From: Lama glama
Lineage: Eukaryota
DNA: 64,000 nucleotides
Direction of reading: 5' to 3'
Assembly: GCA_028534125.1 (NCBI GenBank)
Contig: CM052816.1
Location: 47,866,001 to 47,930,000, forward strand
Within the stretch, counting starts at the first letter, position 1, and each line of letters starts with the position of its first letter. The translations under genes and the position numbers were made by a program. A model generated the notes under the pieces. That model searched no databases, was not told the DNA's origin, and worked only from the letters and a program-made list of their open reading frames with translations. Positions 1-12,779 of this stretch are shown piece by piece.

Positions 1-2214
1 TTTCTTCCAAAACTCAGAATACCTGAATGATTGGTATACTTCTGTATGAGGTTAGTATTTTTACACTTTTTTCCTTTGAGATCTGTAAGAGAGGTTTATC
101 CTAAGAAACCAGTGGGACTTTCTATTACTTTTTGGATTTTTATAAATATGTACGATTAAACATAACTGAGCAAACGTGAGTCCTTTAATTTTCCATGCAA
201 AAATACAATTTTTCCATAAATACTACTTTTTTAATACTCAAATGATATGCATTTGGTTAACCTGTATTCAGAGTGAACAACTTTTTTTCCCAGAAGAAAG
301 TCTCTGCATCCTGTAATGATCATCTCTTCCTCCACATCTAGATCAAGTCAGTAATCAGCTAAACTTCTAGTATGTTTTGAGTGTTTGCGGCAGACACCAT
401 GGAACTCCGAAGTCAAGGGCTCCTAACCAGTCCCATGGTGGATTTATCACATTCGCCACTGCTGTGATTTTTTTCTAGGATTCCATTAAGTATAAGAACA
501 TAAACATTACTGGAAAATTGAGTTTATGAGCCCTGCTGTGTGTTCTTTGTCAACTACTGACATTTTGCAGTTGTTTAGTTACATGAAAATAAGTTCTAAT
601 TATAAGGCAGATGTATATAAATACACTATATCTTTAGGCAATCACCCTGCAGATAATCTGATTCCTGTGAATATTATAGCACATTAAAAGTGTACATCCT
701 GGTGATGTACTTTTTAGGTTGATTTAGAATTCACCATGTTAAGGCGTGTTATGATTCTCCCAGTAAGCTCAGACATTCTGCAAACTACTTTAAAATGCCA
801 AGCACTGCACATCAAAGACCTACATAGATTTTCCTAGATTCTTATATTAAAAACATAAAAAAGAAAGATAGCCTTCTAATTGATATTAAAGATAGAATCT
901 AATAATTCTTCTTCCAAGTGAAATTCGAAGAAATGGGCTTTTCTTGTGGGCTTGTCAAGATCTATCAAGAGTGAGACAAGATTCTTGCTGCATTTGCAGG
1001 AAAATACTAATTTTAATTATTATTCTCTGAGTCTAGGCTGTGACATTTAGCCAAGGAGAACTTTTATCTTAATTATGTATGAAGAATCCACTATGTGCAA
1101 GGCACTTAGGTACCTTTGTTCCTACTGGAGGACAGAATAAGGAAAAGTCGACTAAAAGCAGAGGAAGAATGAGGGAGAACTCCAAGGTTGTTAGTTACAG
1201 ATTAACTGAGTGTTCTGTTAAGGCAGATAGGAAACTTCAGCAGTAAAAGTGGAGTTGGTTTACACAATCTCTCCAGTAAAATTTAGGAAAACCAGGTAAA
1301 TTCACCAAATATTCCATTGTAATGTAAAGAATTCTCCAGTACTTACTCTGTTCATATTCCTCCTGTGTCTCTGAGAATCAAAATGATTTGTAAGTCATTT
1401 ATAATGGTATCCAAACCCACAGAAATAAGTTAAACATATAAAAAATCTTTCTGATATTATGAAGACAAAGTCTCATATTTAGTTGTTTTGTATACGTTAG
1501 AGAATAAAATATCCAAATAAGCCATTAGCTTCTTTTCTCAAATTTTGTGTATGAGGAACCACTAGGTGACAGTGTGACTTTAGAACAAAAAGAGCATACT
1601 TTTTCCGAGTTCAATTTGAAAATTTGAAAACATAGCAGTTAGGCTTAAGCTACCTTTAATTTTGGAGACAACAAAAAACTACTACTTCTAGAGATGCTTC
1701 CAGGCAAGAAAAAAATGAGGTTAAAAGGTTAAAGTATTTGTTATTATCCCTGTTGACTCAAATTTCTCTTTCCATAGTATGACAGAATTTTCAGTGAGAG
1801 ATGCTTTTCATCATGCAGCAGAAAGTCTGTTTACAAATTTTCATTATTTAAGGTACTATTGCTGGTTTCTAGTTTTTCTAGATGGTTCTTAAGTTACCTA
1901 TAATCATGTCTGTTCCTCATCGATCTAAATTTTAAGGCAGAGTAGCATTTCGATTTGTATATTTACTTTCCAGAAAATTAAAAAGACATAGTCTTTGTTC
2001 AATTATGTGTGGAGAGCGATTCTGGGGGTAATCTAGCAGTTTTCCTTCATTATTGAAAGATGTCAGATATGTGGCTTAATAGTTAATATAAGCTTCTATG
2101 CAGGGATATCAGAGACCCATTCAACTATTGCACTCGAGTTCTTTCCCCTTCCTGAGCATTTGAGCTATGGTTTAAACCATGGATATATTATCTATGTTAA
2201 AATAATCATAGGCT

Positions 2215-2362
2215 TGTGTGTAATAAAGAATTTGGCTGGCCTTTGTCCCTGGTTCCTTGGAGGTAGCCTCTAAATGCTTGAATTTCCTGAGTCATTGGGG
2301 TGTCTTTATTATTATTCATGGTGGGGCCCTATGACAACCCTTGAAAGTTGATACTAATAAGA
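2215..2362 (+). mobile_element. MER21C-like LTR 5' fragment
   Basis: aaagaatttggctggcctttgtccctggttcc...gaatttcctgag...attcatggtgggg resembles the start of MER21-type LTRs as recalled. Confidence 0.6.
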
Positions 2363-2704
2363 CATCAGAGTTTGTTTCTATCTTACCTCCTCTTCATCTC
2401 CCACATTTTTCTAACATCAGATCTAAGATTGCTCCCCAGGCCCTGATTAGGCTTATGCCTTACTTACTCCACTTTGCATATACCTTTCTCTTAGATTAGC
2501 ATGTTTCTCTGATCTTTTTAAAAAAATAATTTATGAAATCCCATCTGTGAAATATCAGACCATGTCCCACCTCCTATGTCAACATTATTTCCCTGATCTC
2601 CTCATTCGAAAATTAGCCCTTCCATCTGGGATTAGTTTACAACATTTATCTATCCTGTTCACATAACTAAAGTTATAATTTATTCATCACCTTCTCCCAT
2701 TTAT

Positions 2705-2935
2705 GTAGTCATTCATCAAACATTTGCTGAGTTTATATTATGTGTCAGATTATAGTTGGGAATTGGCATATAGAGATTTAAGACTTAATACTTGTTCTTC
2801 CTGAGTAACTTACAGACCACTGAGAACACAAATGCGTAAGCAAACCATTAAAATGCATTGTGCAAACTGCTGCAAAGAAGTTATCTGTCAAGTACAATGT
2901 GAGTAAAATGGAAGGAATGCCTAATACTGCTTAAG
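2705..2935 (-). mobile_element. L2 3' end fragment
   Basis: cattcatcaaacatttgctgagtttatattatgtgtcag matches the L2 tail (cattcaacaaatatttattgagcacctactatgtgccag). Confidence 0.55.
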
Positions 2936-2960
2936 TAGCAATGGAGTCTAATGAAGATAA

Positions 2961-3003
2961 TGGAGGAAGAGGAGGAGGAGGAGGAGGTGAAGGAGAAGGG
3001 GAA
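2961..3003 (+). repeat. (GGA)n purine-rich microsatellite
   Basis: ggaggaagaggaggaggaggaggaggtgaaggagaagggga. Confidence 0.85.
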
Positions 3004-3074
3004 GATTAAAATATAATAGTGCAATGAAGTACCCTGCTAGTTATTTTAAAGTGCAGTAAAATTCTCTCAAGTAC

Positions 3075-3182
3075 AATTATTATCATCCCTTTCAGAAGAG
3101 GGAACTGAGGCTAAGAGAATTTGCTATTTGGCCAGGGTTACATAACTGGTCATTAGCACAGCCAGGATCACACCTAGCTCTG
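3075..3182 (-). mobile_element. MIR SINE fragment
   Basis: Core ttattatcatcccttt-cagaagagggaactgaggctaagaga...gccagggttacataactgg. Confidence 0.7.
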
Positions 3183-4496
3183 TTGGAGAGAAGCGTGCCA
3201 GGACATCAGGACAGGATAGGATGGGGGGAAAGAAATTCTACTAGATACTGGAGAGCAAGTTATTTGATTTTGGAGACTAGGTCTTACACATGTTTCCTTC
3301 TCATGTACTGTTTACATAGTAATGCCTTTAACAATAACTTTTAATGTAAATATTATTGAGTATATACTGAAAGAAAGTTTACACTATACCAGGTTAAAGT
3401 AATTGGAATTTTAGTCAACTTAGTAAACAAAATCCCCTTTTTTCCTACACACGTTTGGAATAAGTTCTACAATTTGGTAATCTATGAGACAGCTCTCTTC
3501 AACTCTACAGCTATGTGTGGAATGAAAAGTTTTGACAATTTCAACCATGCAGTGTTTAACTTTCACTTGAAGGTATTACTGGCATTTTGTGAGGCTTGTG
3601 GTTTAAATTCAAGGAGGAAGTAAAGCTTAAAGAAGATTACTAGTCATAAAGTATAGTGGAAACTGCAAAAAAGTCACTGAACTCAGAAGCTACACAGGAT
3701 CTCCACAGTCTTAGGATAACCAAGAGATTAGTCTGAGGGTTCAGGGTTGAACTCCCTATATGTGCACACTTTTTGTTTTTCTTTTCCCAAAACCCTTCCC
3801 AAAATATACAGCTAATTTAAAAAAAAAAAAACAAAACAAAGTTATTACTTATATCGAAGTTCTACTTTATCACACTTGATCTTGTTTTGCACTTGCCTGA
3901 GCTCCAGAATTAAACTCAAATGGTAGCTCCAAAAATATCCTGTACTTTCTGATGAATGAAGGATGGAATGGAAAAACTATTCAAGTAAGTAAATCAAAAA
4001 ATGTTATGACAATGTCTTATTAGTGAATAAATATTGAAATGATTCTGGAAGAGCAGACTCCTTACAGAGTAGTAGTATAAGTAAACAATGTTCTACAAAT
4101 GTGCCAAAATAGCAAAGTGATGAATTTGTTACGACACTTACATAGAACACTGTTAGTTGCCTTGGTAAAACCAGGGATTTTTTTTTTTTTAGTGAATGTT
4201 TAGCCCAATTCTCCAAATCCTTGTCCTTCCCCAAATAATGTAAATCTCTGAAATAATGGATAGAAATTGAGGTCAGAGAGAATATCATTGCTCTATCAAA
4301 ATAAATACATTTAAGGACTAAGAAAATGGAAAATGTAAAGGCAGTGAGATTACTGTAAAACTTACAGAATGTTCCAAGCATAATCAGATAAAAAGTGTTT
4401 CACATTTACAAATGTCCCTCTGTGCTTTTGACATTATTTTAAAACCTGTAAATTTCAGTATCTCTGATGAAATGCATTTAAAATTTAAATCTGGGG

Positions 4497-6177
4497 GGAG
4501 AGAGATAAGAGGCCAAGATGGTGGAGTAGTAGGATGCTCGTAGCTCACCCTCTCCCACAAATACACCAGGACTCACATCCATAGACCCACTCAGCCAACC
4601 AGAGCACCTGCGGAACTCTGACAGAACACTGTCCTCTTCAAAAGATAGAGATGCCAAAAATCTGGTAGGAGAAAAGGAAAAAAGAAAGAAGAAAAGGCAA
4701 AACAGAGTGGGACTAGTCCTGCAGAGAGGGAGCAGCAAAGGAGGACTGGCGCTCATTCGCTAGGTCTCCCCTCTCCAACTGAGAGGCCAGCAGGACGGAG
4801 GGGGAGCTTCCGATGCTTGGATCTGTACAGAGCAGCCCTTGACCAACAGAACTAAGGTAAATGGGCATAGAGGGTCCCCACGACACCCATCCTGAGACAT
4901 GGGCTGGCAGCTGGGGGCAGGGCCAGGCTGCCTGAGCCGGGCGGAGGATGGAGATGGCTGTAGGAACAACCTGGGCCCTCCATAAAACAACACAAATGAT
5001 GTGCCCTGGGGGGAAGGATGCATACCCCCATCTATGAAAACCCACAGAAAGTTTTTGGGTGAAGAGAGGCGGGGCTCAGGCACAGCTGCCATATCCTCCT
5101 GTGCTTAGCACCCATGCGGGGGCTGGGGTGGGGGTGCGGAGGTGAAACCTGTATCCACACCTAAAGACTTAGCAGCCTCAAAGGCCAGAAGGAGACTTAT
5201 CTACAGCCCAAGGCACATAGGATCCTTCTGTCCTGATCCCTCAGTGAACCTGCTCTGCCTCCAAGACAAACAAGGAGCTGGGTTTTGGCCTGGAGCAGGG
5301 ACGAGGCTGTTTCTCGGTCTTCCCCAAGCTCGCCTACGGAGCGCGCAGCAGCACAGAGCTGCCGAGACCGACGCCGGGACACGGTGGGCAGCCCCTCACC
5401 TTTCCGGCAGGAACACAGCCCCTGACCGTGGTGCTGGGAGGGGGAGTGGTCCGCCCTCCTACGTGGCCAGTTGCAACATCTGACTGCAGCACTGGGAGGG
5501 GCAGTGACCCGCCGGCCCACAGCAAAGGAGAGCTGCACCTGACCCAGTGTTGGGAGGAGGCGCGATCTGCTTGCTAACAGGCACTGGGAGCAGCACAGAC
5601 GAAGGCGCCAACAGAGGGCCTCTGGAAACAGCAAGCTGAGCTTCCAAAACAGGGTGAAGACAGACTTTGCATTAAGAGCTCACAGTCTCCAGGAGAACAC
5701 CCCCCCCCTTTTTTTTTTTAATCTGCTTTTACTTGTTCTATTTTCTATTACCCTTTTAATTTTTACTTCTTAAACAATTATATATACTCCCAGTTTTAAT
5801 CCCTTTTAAACTTTTAAAAAATATTTTTATTATTATTTTTAAAAATCCACATCATTTCATTTTTATTTCTCTTGGTTTTGATGTCTTGTTATTAATTATA
5901 CACAGGTTTCAAATACATTTTTTCCCTCTTTTCTCCTTTTTAAAGGTTTTCAAAAGACGTCTCAACCCGATTGCTATTCTGCTTCAACTTGCTCTTCTAT
6001 TATTCATTATACACTGTTTTCAAACCTTTTTTTCTCCCTTCTTTTAAAATTCTCTTTCTCTCTCTCTATTTTTTTAAAAGTGTTATTCCTATATATGCAC
6101 TAGATAGATAAATAAATAAACTCCGTAAGGACCACAATAGATAATCGATACTCCATAAACCACAGTGCCAGAGAGGT
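4497..6177 (+). promoter_or_regulatory. L1 5'UTR / internal Pol II promoter
   Basis: YY1-like caagatggtgg (4514-4524; CpG-decayed CAAGATGGCGG) near the 5' end. GC/CpG-rich segment about 4700-5640, then a T-rich tract about 5710-6100 before the ORF1 ATG. Confidence 0.8.
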
Positions 6178-7076
6178 ATGAGCAAGATGAAGAAGCAGAG
6201 AAACCACTTCCAATTAAAAGAACAAGTGAAATCCCCTGAAAGAACAATCAATGAAATAGACATCGATAGCCTACTAGATCAAGATTTCAAAATAGGAGTA
6301 TCAAAGTACTGAACGAACTAAAAGAGATAGTGTTTAGAGATATAAAATATGTCAAAAAAGAAATTGAAGCTATAAAGAAGAGCTAAGTAGAATTGGTAAA
6401 CTCATCGGCTGAGATGAGAACGGATATAAAGGCTGTGCAAAGCAGACCAGATAATGCAGAGGAACGAATTAGTAACCTAGAAGACAGGACAACAGAAAGC
6501 ACCCAATCAGAACAGCTACAAGATAAACAAATGAAAACAAATGAAAATAGCATAAAGGACCTATGGGATAATATAAAGCATGTGAATCTTTGCATAATAG
6601 GGGTCCCAGAAGGGGAAGAAGGATCAAAGGGAATTGAAAAGGTATTGGAAGAAATCATGACTGAAAACTTCCCAAACTTAAAGAAGGAATCAAATATCCA
6701 AGTACAGGAAGCTCAGAGGGTCCCAAACAGGAAGAACCCAAATAGACCCACACCAAGACATATCATAATCAAGATGGCCAGAGTCAAGGATAAAGAAATG
6801 ATCCTAAAGGCAGAAGAGAAAAGCAAAGAGTGAGTTACAAGGGAACCCCCATAAGGCTCTTAGCTGATTTCTCTACACAAGCCCTACAGGCCAGAAGGGA
6901 GTGGCAAGATATATTCAAAGTGCTGAATGAAAAAAAGATGCAGCCTAGGATACTTTATCCAGCAAGGGTATCCTTTAGGATAGAAGGAGACATAAAGAAT
7001 TTCACAGACAAGAAAAACTATAAGAGTTTAGCAACACTAAACCCATGCTAAAAGAAATACTGAAAGATCTAAATAG
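6178..7076 (+). pseudogene. L1 ORF1p (RNA-binding chaperone), disrupted
   Basis: ATG at 6178 (MSKMKKQRNHFQLKEQ). Motifs DLWDNIKHVNLCIIGVPEGEE, ENFPNL, RPTPRHIIIKM, YKGTPIRLLADFS, ARREWQDIFKVL, QPRILYPA. Frameshifts near 6300, 6815 and 7015; in-frame TAA at 6384-6386. Confidence 0.93.
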
Positions 7077-7483
7077 AAAAACAGCAGGATGCTACAGAAA
7101 TGAGAAACTCACAACTGGAAAGGTGATAACTCATGAATTACAAATAAACACGAAATTGTAAAAGAAGACATCTAAATCATTGGGAGAGGGAGGCAGGAAA
7201 ATACAGAATTTTTTTCTTTCTTTTTTAAATTTTTTGTTCTTGGTAGGATGGGTTTGAGATCATATTACTATCAGTTTAATAAAAAACAGTTATAGTAATG
7301 GGTTAATAGACTTACAAAAAAGGGTAACCACAAGCCTTTTTACAAGGGAGTCACAAAACTTACAAGGGAGTCACAAAAACTAAATAAAATCCATGATAAT
7401 ACAAAAGAAAATTACCAAACCATAAAAGGAAGAAGAAAGAAACAAAGAGGAAATACCAAATCAACTGCAAAGATAAGTTCAAA

Positions 7484-9528
7484 ATGGCAATAACCACACA
7501 TCTTTCATTAATTACTGTAAATATTAATGGACTAAATGCTCCAGTCAAAAGACACAGAGTGGCAGACTGGATAATAAAGCAAGAACCTTCAATATGCTGC
7601 ATACAAGAGACCCACTTTAGGGAGAAGGACACGTATAGATTGAGAGTGAAAGGATGGAAAAGGATATTCCATGCAAATGGAAAAGCCAAAAAAGCAGGTG
7701 TTGCAGTACTGATTTCAGACAAAATAGACTTTAAAACAAAGGCCAAAAAGAAAAATAAAGAAGGACATTTTACAATGATTAAAGAAGTGATACAAGATGA
7801 GGATATTACACTCGTTAATACAGATGCACCCAATATAGAAGCACCTAAGTACATAAAGCAATTACTAACAGAGATAAAGGGGGATACTGATGGGAATACA
7901 ATCACAGTTGGAGATTTCAACACTGCATTAACATCACTAGACAGATCTTCCAGACAGAAAATAAATAAGGCAACAGAGAAATTAAATACTACAATAGAAA
8001 AATTAGATTTGGTGGATATTTTCAGAGCATTACACTCCCCAAAAATAGGATATATATTCTTTTCAAGTGCACATAGAACATTTTCCAGGATTGATCGTGT
8101 ACTTGGACACAAAAGAAACCTTAGCAATTTTAAGAAGATAGAAATTATCTCAAGCATCTTTACTGACCACAATGCCATGAAACTAGAAATCAACAACAGA
8201 GAAACAAAGGAGAAAAAAAGGAAGGCATGGAGATTAAACAATATGTTATTAAAAAACCAATGGGTTAATGAGGAAATCAAAGTTGAAATTAAAAATACCT
8301 TGAGACAAATGAAAATGAAAGCACAACCACACAAAATTTATGGGACACAGCAAAGGCAGTGCTAAGAGGGAAGTTTATAGCGATACAGGCCTTCCTCAAA
8401 AAAGAAGAACAATCTCAAGTAAACAATTTAACCCACCAGCTGAATGAACTAGAAAAAGAAGAACAAAAAATCCCCTAAAGGCAGCCGAAGGAAGGAAATT
8501 ATAAAGATTAGGGAGGAAATAAATAAAATACAGGTTAAAAAGACCATAGAAAAAATCAACCAAACCAAAAGCTGGTTTTTTGAAAAAGTAAATAAAATCG
8601 ACAAACCTCTGGCCAAACTCACAAAGAAGAAAAAAGAGAGAGCACAAATTAGCAAAATAAGAAAGGAGAGTGGAGAAATTACAGCAAACAAAATAGAAAT
8701 ACACAATATCATACGAGAATATTATGAAAAACTATATGGAACCAAACTGGATAACCTAGAGGAGATGGACAAGTTTCTAGAAACACACAGTCCACCAAGA
8801 CTGAATCAAGAAGAAACTGACCACTTGAACAAACTGATCACTAGAAATGAAATCGAATTAGCAATAAAAAACCTCCCTACAAATAAAAGTCCAGGACCAG
8901 ACGGCTTCACCGGGGAATTCTACCAAACACACAAAGAAGAACTCATACCAGTCCTTCTCAAACTCTTCCAGAAGACTGAAAAGGAGGGAATACTCCCAAA
9001 CTCATTCTATGAAGCCACCATCACCCTGTTACCAAAACCAGGGAAAGACACTACCAAAAAAGAGAATTACAGGCCAATATCACTGATGAACATAAACAAC
9101 CAATATCACTGATGAACATAAACGACAAAATCCTCACCAAAATATTAGCAAATAGAATCCAACAACACATAAAAAAGATTATACATCACGACCAACTGGA
9201 GTTCATCCCAGGAACACAAGGGTGGTTCAACATATGCAAATCAATCAATGTAATACATCACATCAACAAGAGAAAGGACAAAAACCACATGATCATCTCA
9301 ATAGACACAGAAAAAGCATTTGATAAAATTCAACACCCATTTATGATAAAAACTCTCACTAAAGTGGGTATAGAGGGAACATATCTCAACATCATAAAAG
9401 CTATATATGACAAACCTACAGCCAGCATAGTACTCAATGGTGAAAAACTCAAAAGCTTCCCACTCAAATCTGGGACAAGACAAGGATGCCCACTATCACC
9501 ACTCCTATTCAACATAGTCTTGGAAGTC
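7484..9528 (+). pseudogene. L1 ORF2p (APE endonuclease + N-terminal reverse transcriptase), disrupted, cut by gap
   Basis: Endonuclease motifs ITVNINGLNAP, CCIQETH, VGDFNT, SRIDRV, TDHNAMKL. RT/Z-domain motifs [43 protein letters not shown]. Split over ORFs 7484-8365, 8765-9112 and 9112 onward. Confidence 0.96.
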
Positions 9529-10028
9529 NNNNNNNNNNNNNNNNNNNNNNNNNNNNNNNNNNNNNNNNNNNNNNNNNNNNNNNNNNNNNNNNNNNNNNNN
9601 NNNNNNNNNNNNNNNNNNNNNNNNNNNNNNNNNNNNNNNNNNNNNNNNNNNNNNNNNNNNNNNNNNNNNNNNNNNNNNNNNNNNNNNNNNNNNNNNNNNN
9701 NNNNNNNNNNNNNNNNNNNNNNNNNNNNNNNNNNNNNNNNNNNNNNNNNNNNNNNNNNNNNNNNNNNNNNNNNNNNNNNNNNNNNNNNNNNNNNNNNNNN
9801 NNNNNNNNNNNNNNNNNNNNNNNNNNNNNNNNNNNNNNNNNNNNNNNNNNNNNNNNNNNNNNNNNNNNNNNNNNNNNNNNNNNNNNNNNNNNNNNNNNNN
9901 NNNNNNNNNNNNNNNNNNNNNNNNNNNNNNNNNNNNNNNNNNNNNNNNNNNNNNNNNNNNNNNNNNNNNNNNNNNNNNNNNNNNNNNNNNNNNNNNNNNN
10001 NNNNNNNNNNNNNNNNNNNNNNNNNNNN
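9529..10028. other. Assembly gap (exactly 500 N)
   Basis: Run of n inside the L1. Confidence 1.
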
Positions 10029-12599
10029 TAGCACAGGGAAATATATACAAGATCTTATGGTAGCCCATGGAGAAAAAAATGTGACAACGAATATATATAT
10101 GTTCATGTATAACTGAAAAATTGTGCTCTACACTAGAATTTGACACAACATTATAAAATGATTATAAATCAATAAAAAATTTAAAAAAAAATTTAAATCT
10201 GGGGAGGTGGAAGTGATCTGTACCTCAAAGCTTTCCTTCTAGAAATGATGAGACAGACTCTCAGAGTCATTACACTGTCAAGGCCATGGATACCATGAAC
10301 AGCGGACTTCCAGGTTTTGAATTCATTGTTATTTTCAATAGTTGGTGCCACCTCTGTGCCTTCAATGAATTCACAGAGGTAGGCCTCTACCTCTCCTTGA
10401 ACATGTTCTGCTGCATTAAGTTTAATTCTGGTCTTCCCATTTAATCATCTCATCAGCCCTACTTCTCCCTCCCTCTTTGGAAGTTAAAAATTATAATAAT
10501 CAAGGGGAAAGGGACTTTTTACTTTTCTTCTCTGTGCTTTCTTCCCTTTTGACCTTTTCTCCAACTTTCCTGGGCTGGTTGCACAGTATTTTTATATCTA
10601 GGATGAGATCACTGTTCCTGTCCTGCAGATGCTCAAATAAAAACCATGCTATGCTTTCCTTGTTTTCCTTCTTCCATGATTCTTCTCTTCCTTCTTTCCT
10701 CCTTTGCTTTCTCCTTCTTAATTAGGTTCAGGGCAAGATGGATATCTATGCTCTCTGTCCATTGTGCTGAAATGAAATCTATAGCAAGGCCAGAAGTGCT
10801 CTTTTTAAACCAGACTTAGGTGTAGATACAGAGCATAGTGAGAAATAGCCCCCTCAAAGTTTTCTATTTCTCATTAACTTTTAAAAGCCTTGCTGACTGC
10901 GTGTGCTCATTACACTGAGTTGTAAATGATGTTTGAGAGAATTCCAGCCCACTCAATGCAGAAAGTGAATACAAACAAGAATTTCACATTTGCCTTTCCA
11001 AGGTGGTGCATGCTATAATATTGAGCTAGGTTACTGCAATCAAAGTCTGTAGTCCCAGAAGTCTCAAATCATTGAAAAGCAAACGTGAAATGAAAATATA
11101 TAGTTTGTTCCATGTTAACTCTCTCACCTCCCACCAATTTATGAAATATAACTAAAAGCTTTTTTCTCTAAGATAAGGTGCCATATGAGGAACTGTGACT
11201 TCTTACCCCCTCTTCCAAGTAACTTTCCTTTCTTCTCTGGCCCCTTACTAATTCCTCTTAGTTAATGCTGGAAGCCACAGTTCTGAGTGACTAACCCAGG
11301 CTGCTGAGTCAACTGGACAGATGCCACCAATGGCCATTTCTTTTCCTAGGAAATTTAATTCACTTTATGTTGCCATTGATAATGCATATTATTACAGTTC
11401 TTTTTTTGCAGTGGTGTTTGGGTGACTGGAAGGGTTACAGTATTGATAGTCATAATTGCCTATTTCTTACAGTCTTCTGAGTGGGGAAATTTGTCATATC
11501 AAAAGGTCTTTAATCTATCACCAGAAACTCCATTGAATATTTCTCACAGTAGGAAATTGCCTTTTGAAAATCTACTTCCATCAAGAAAAATGCTTTTTTT
11601 GAGGCAAAAAAAAACCCATCCTAAGCAGCTTTTATGCCTAACTTGGAACCTTGAGATGAGCAGCACAAATACTACCATAAGTATATTAACCCAATAGCTT
11701 TAGGGACAGAACTATGATACGTAATAAGGAAAAATAAATGACTTCAGAGAGCACACTTTGATATTGATTACCTGGAAATAATAAGCCTTCACACATTCAT
11801 CATTCTTATGTTGAGAAAGGTACTTATTTGCAGAGAAGTCAGTCCCACCTACGGTCTCTTTAACAAACCTGAGGAAGAACAAAGAAGGTGACGAGTGACA
11901 AAAACAGTAATGTCTAGCAGAAGCTCTGCTAGTGTAAATTCTGGAAACCAAGTTTGCTCAGGAGAGCACTCTCCTTGCTGCCTCAGATGGCATTGTCACT
12001 CCTGGAGTCACTGCCGAGCTCCTCCAGGTTTTCGCTCATCAACGAGTGGTGCGATGTGGTGGGGGTGCCGGGTGCCGTGCCTCCCTTGGACTTTCCCTCC
12101 ATTATGAAGTTTACTGTCATTTCTTTGCTGTCATGGTTGCTGTGCTTATATCCATTTTTGTTGCAAGTGCCCTTACTCCTATGCCTTTGCTGTACTGCTC
12201 AAGCACAGGGCTGCTGCTCACTGTCCCCAGGACTTTAGGACATTATACCCTTCTGTTGAGGCCTCTTCTTCCAAGAGCTTGCTCTGAGCCTTTCACTCAC
12301 TCCATGTTCTTCCCTACCCAGTCTTTATCTTGCTCCTTGCTTTATTTCAGGGTTGGAGACAGAAGCTGAAGGAAATTCATTCTGATTTCCCCTCCAGAGG
12401 AGAAAACCTTGTGTTACTCCCTCTTATATTATCCCCTCTCCTTTGGAGCTAAGTTGCTAGACATGGTCAGCGTTGCCATGTTAAAAGTTGCAGATTGGAC
12501 TCTTTGCCTTTTGGAGTTTCTTTGAGCTTTGAAAATACGTTAGAGTGTTGACCACGATTTTAGAAAAATCAACTCCTAAACAAATGATTAGTGAGAAGC

Positions 12600-12750
12600 A
12601 GGCAGTATAGCACACTAAAATCAGATGGCCTGCCTTAGAACCCTTGCCCTCCCATCTATTACAAGCTATGTGACTGAAAAGTACCTCATATGGTTGTTGT
12701 GAGGATTAAATGAGATAATACATGAAAAGCACTGATGAAAATGTCTGAGT
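12600..12750 (+). mobile_element. MIR SINE fragment
   Basis: agctatgtgac...tacctcatatggttgttgtgaggattaaatgagataatacatgaaaagcact. Confidence 0.75.
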
Positions 12751-12779
12751 CAATATCAAGTTAGAGGACATTATGGTAG

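Larger units (their letters stand above)
4497..10187 (+). mobile_element. Full-length, lineage-specific LINE-1, inactivated; spans an assembly gap
   Basis: Contains 5'UTR, ORF1, spacer, ORF2, 3'UTR, AATAAA (10171-10176) and an A tail. Flanked by the identical 17-bp TSD aaaatttaaatctgggg (4480-4496, 10188-10204) at a ttt|aaaa L1 endonuclease site. Confidence 0.95.

Noticed and set aside
396..440. caccatgg...ccatggtg inverted repeat as a pre-miRNA
   Set aside because: Only about 8-10 bp of stem, built on a palindromic hexamer; too short.
7360..8334. 324-aa hydrophobic minus-strand ORF (also 6383-6658, 8396-8712, 21754-22256)
   Set aside because: Antisense shadows of A-rich L1 ORFs; no independent evidence of coding.
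9330..10146. Long ORFs crossing the N run
   Set aside because: Artefacts of the assembly gap.
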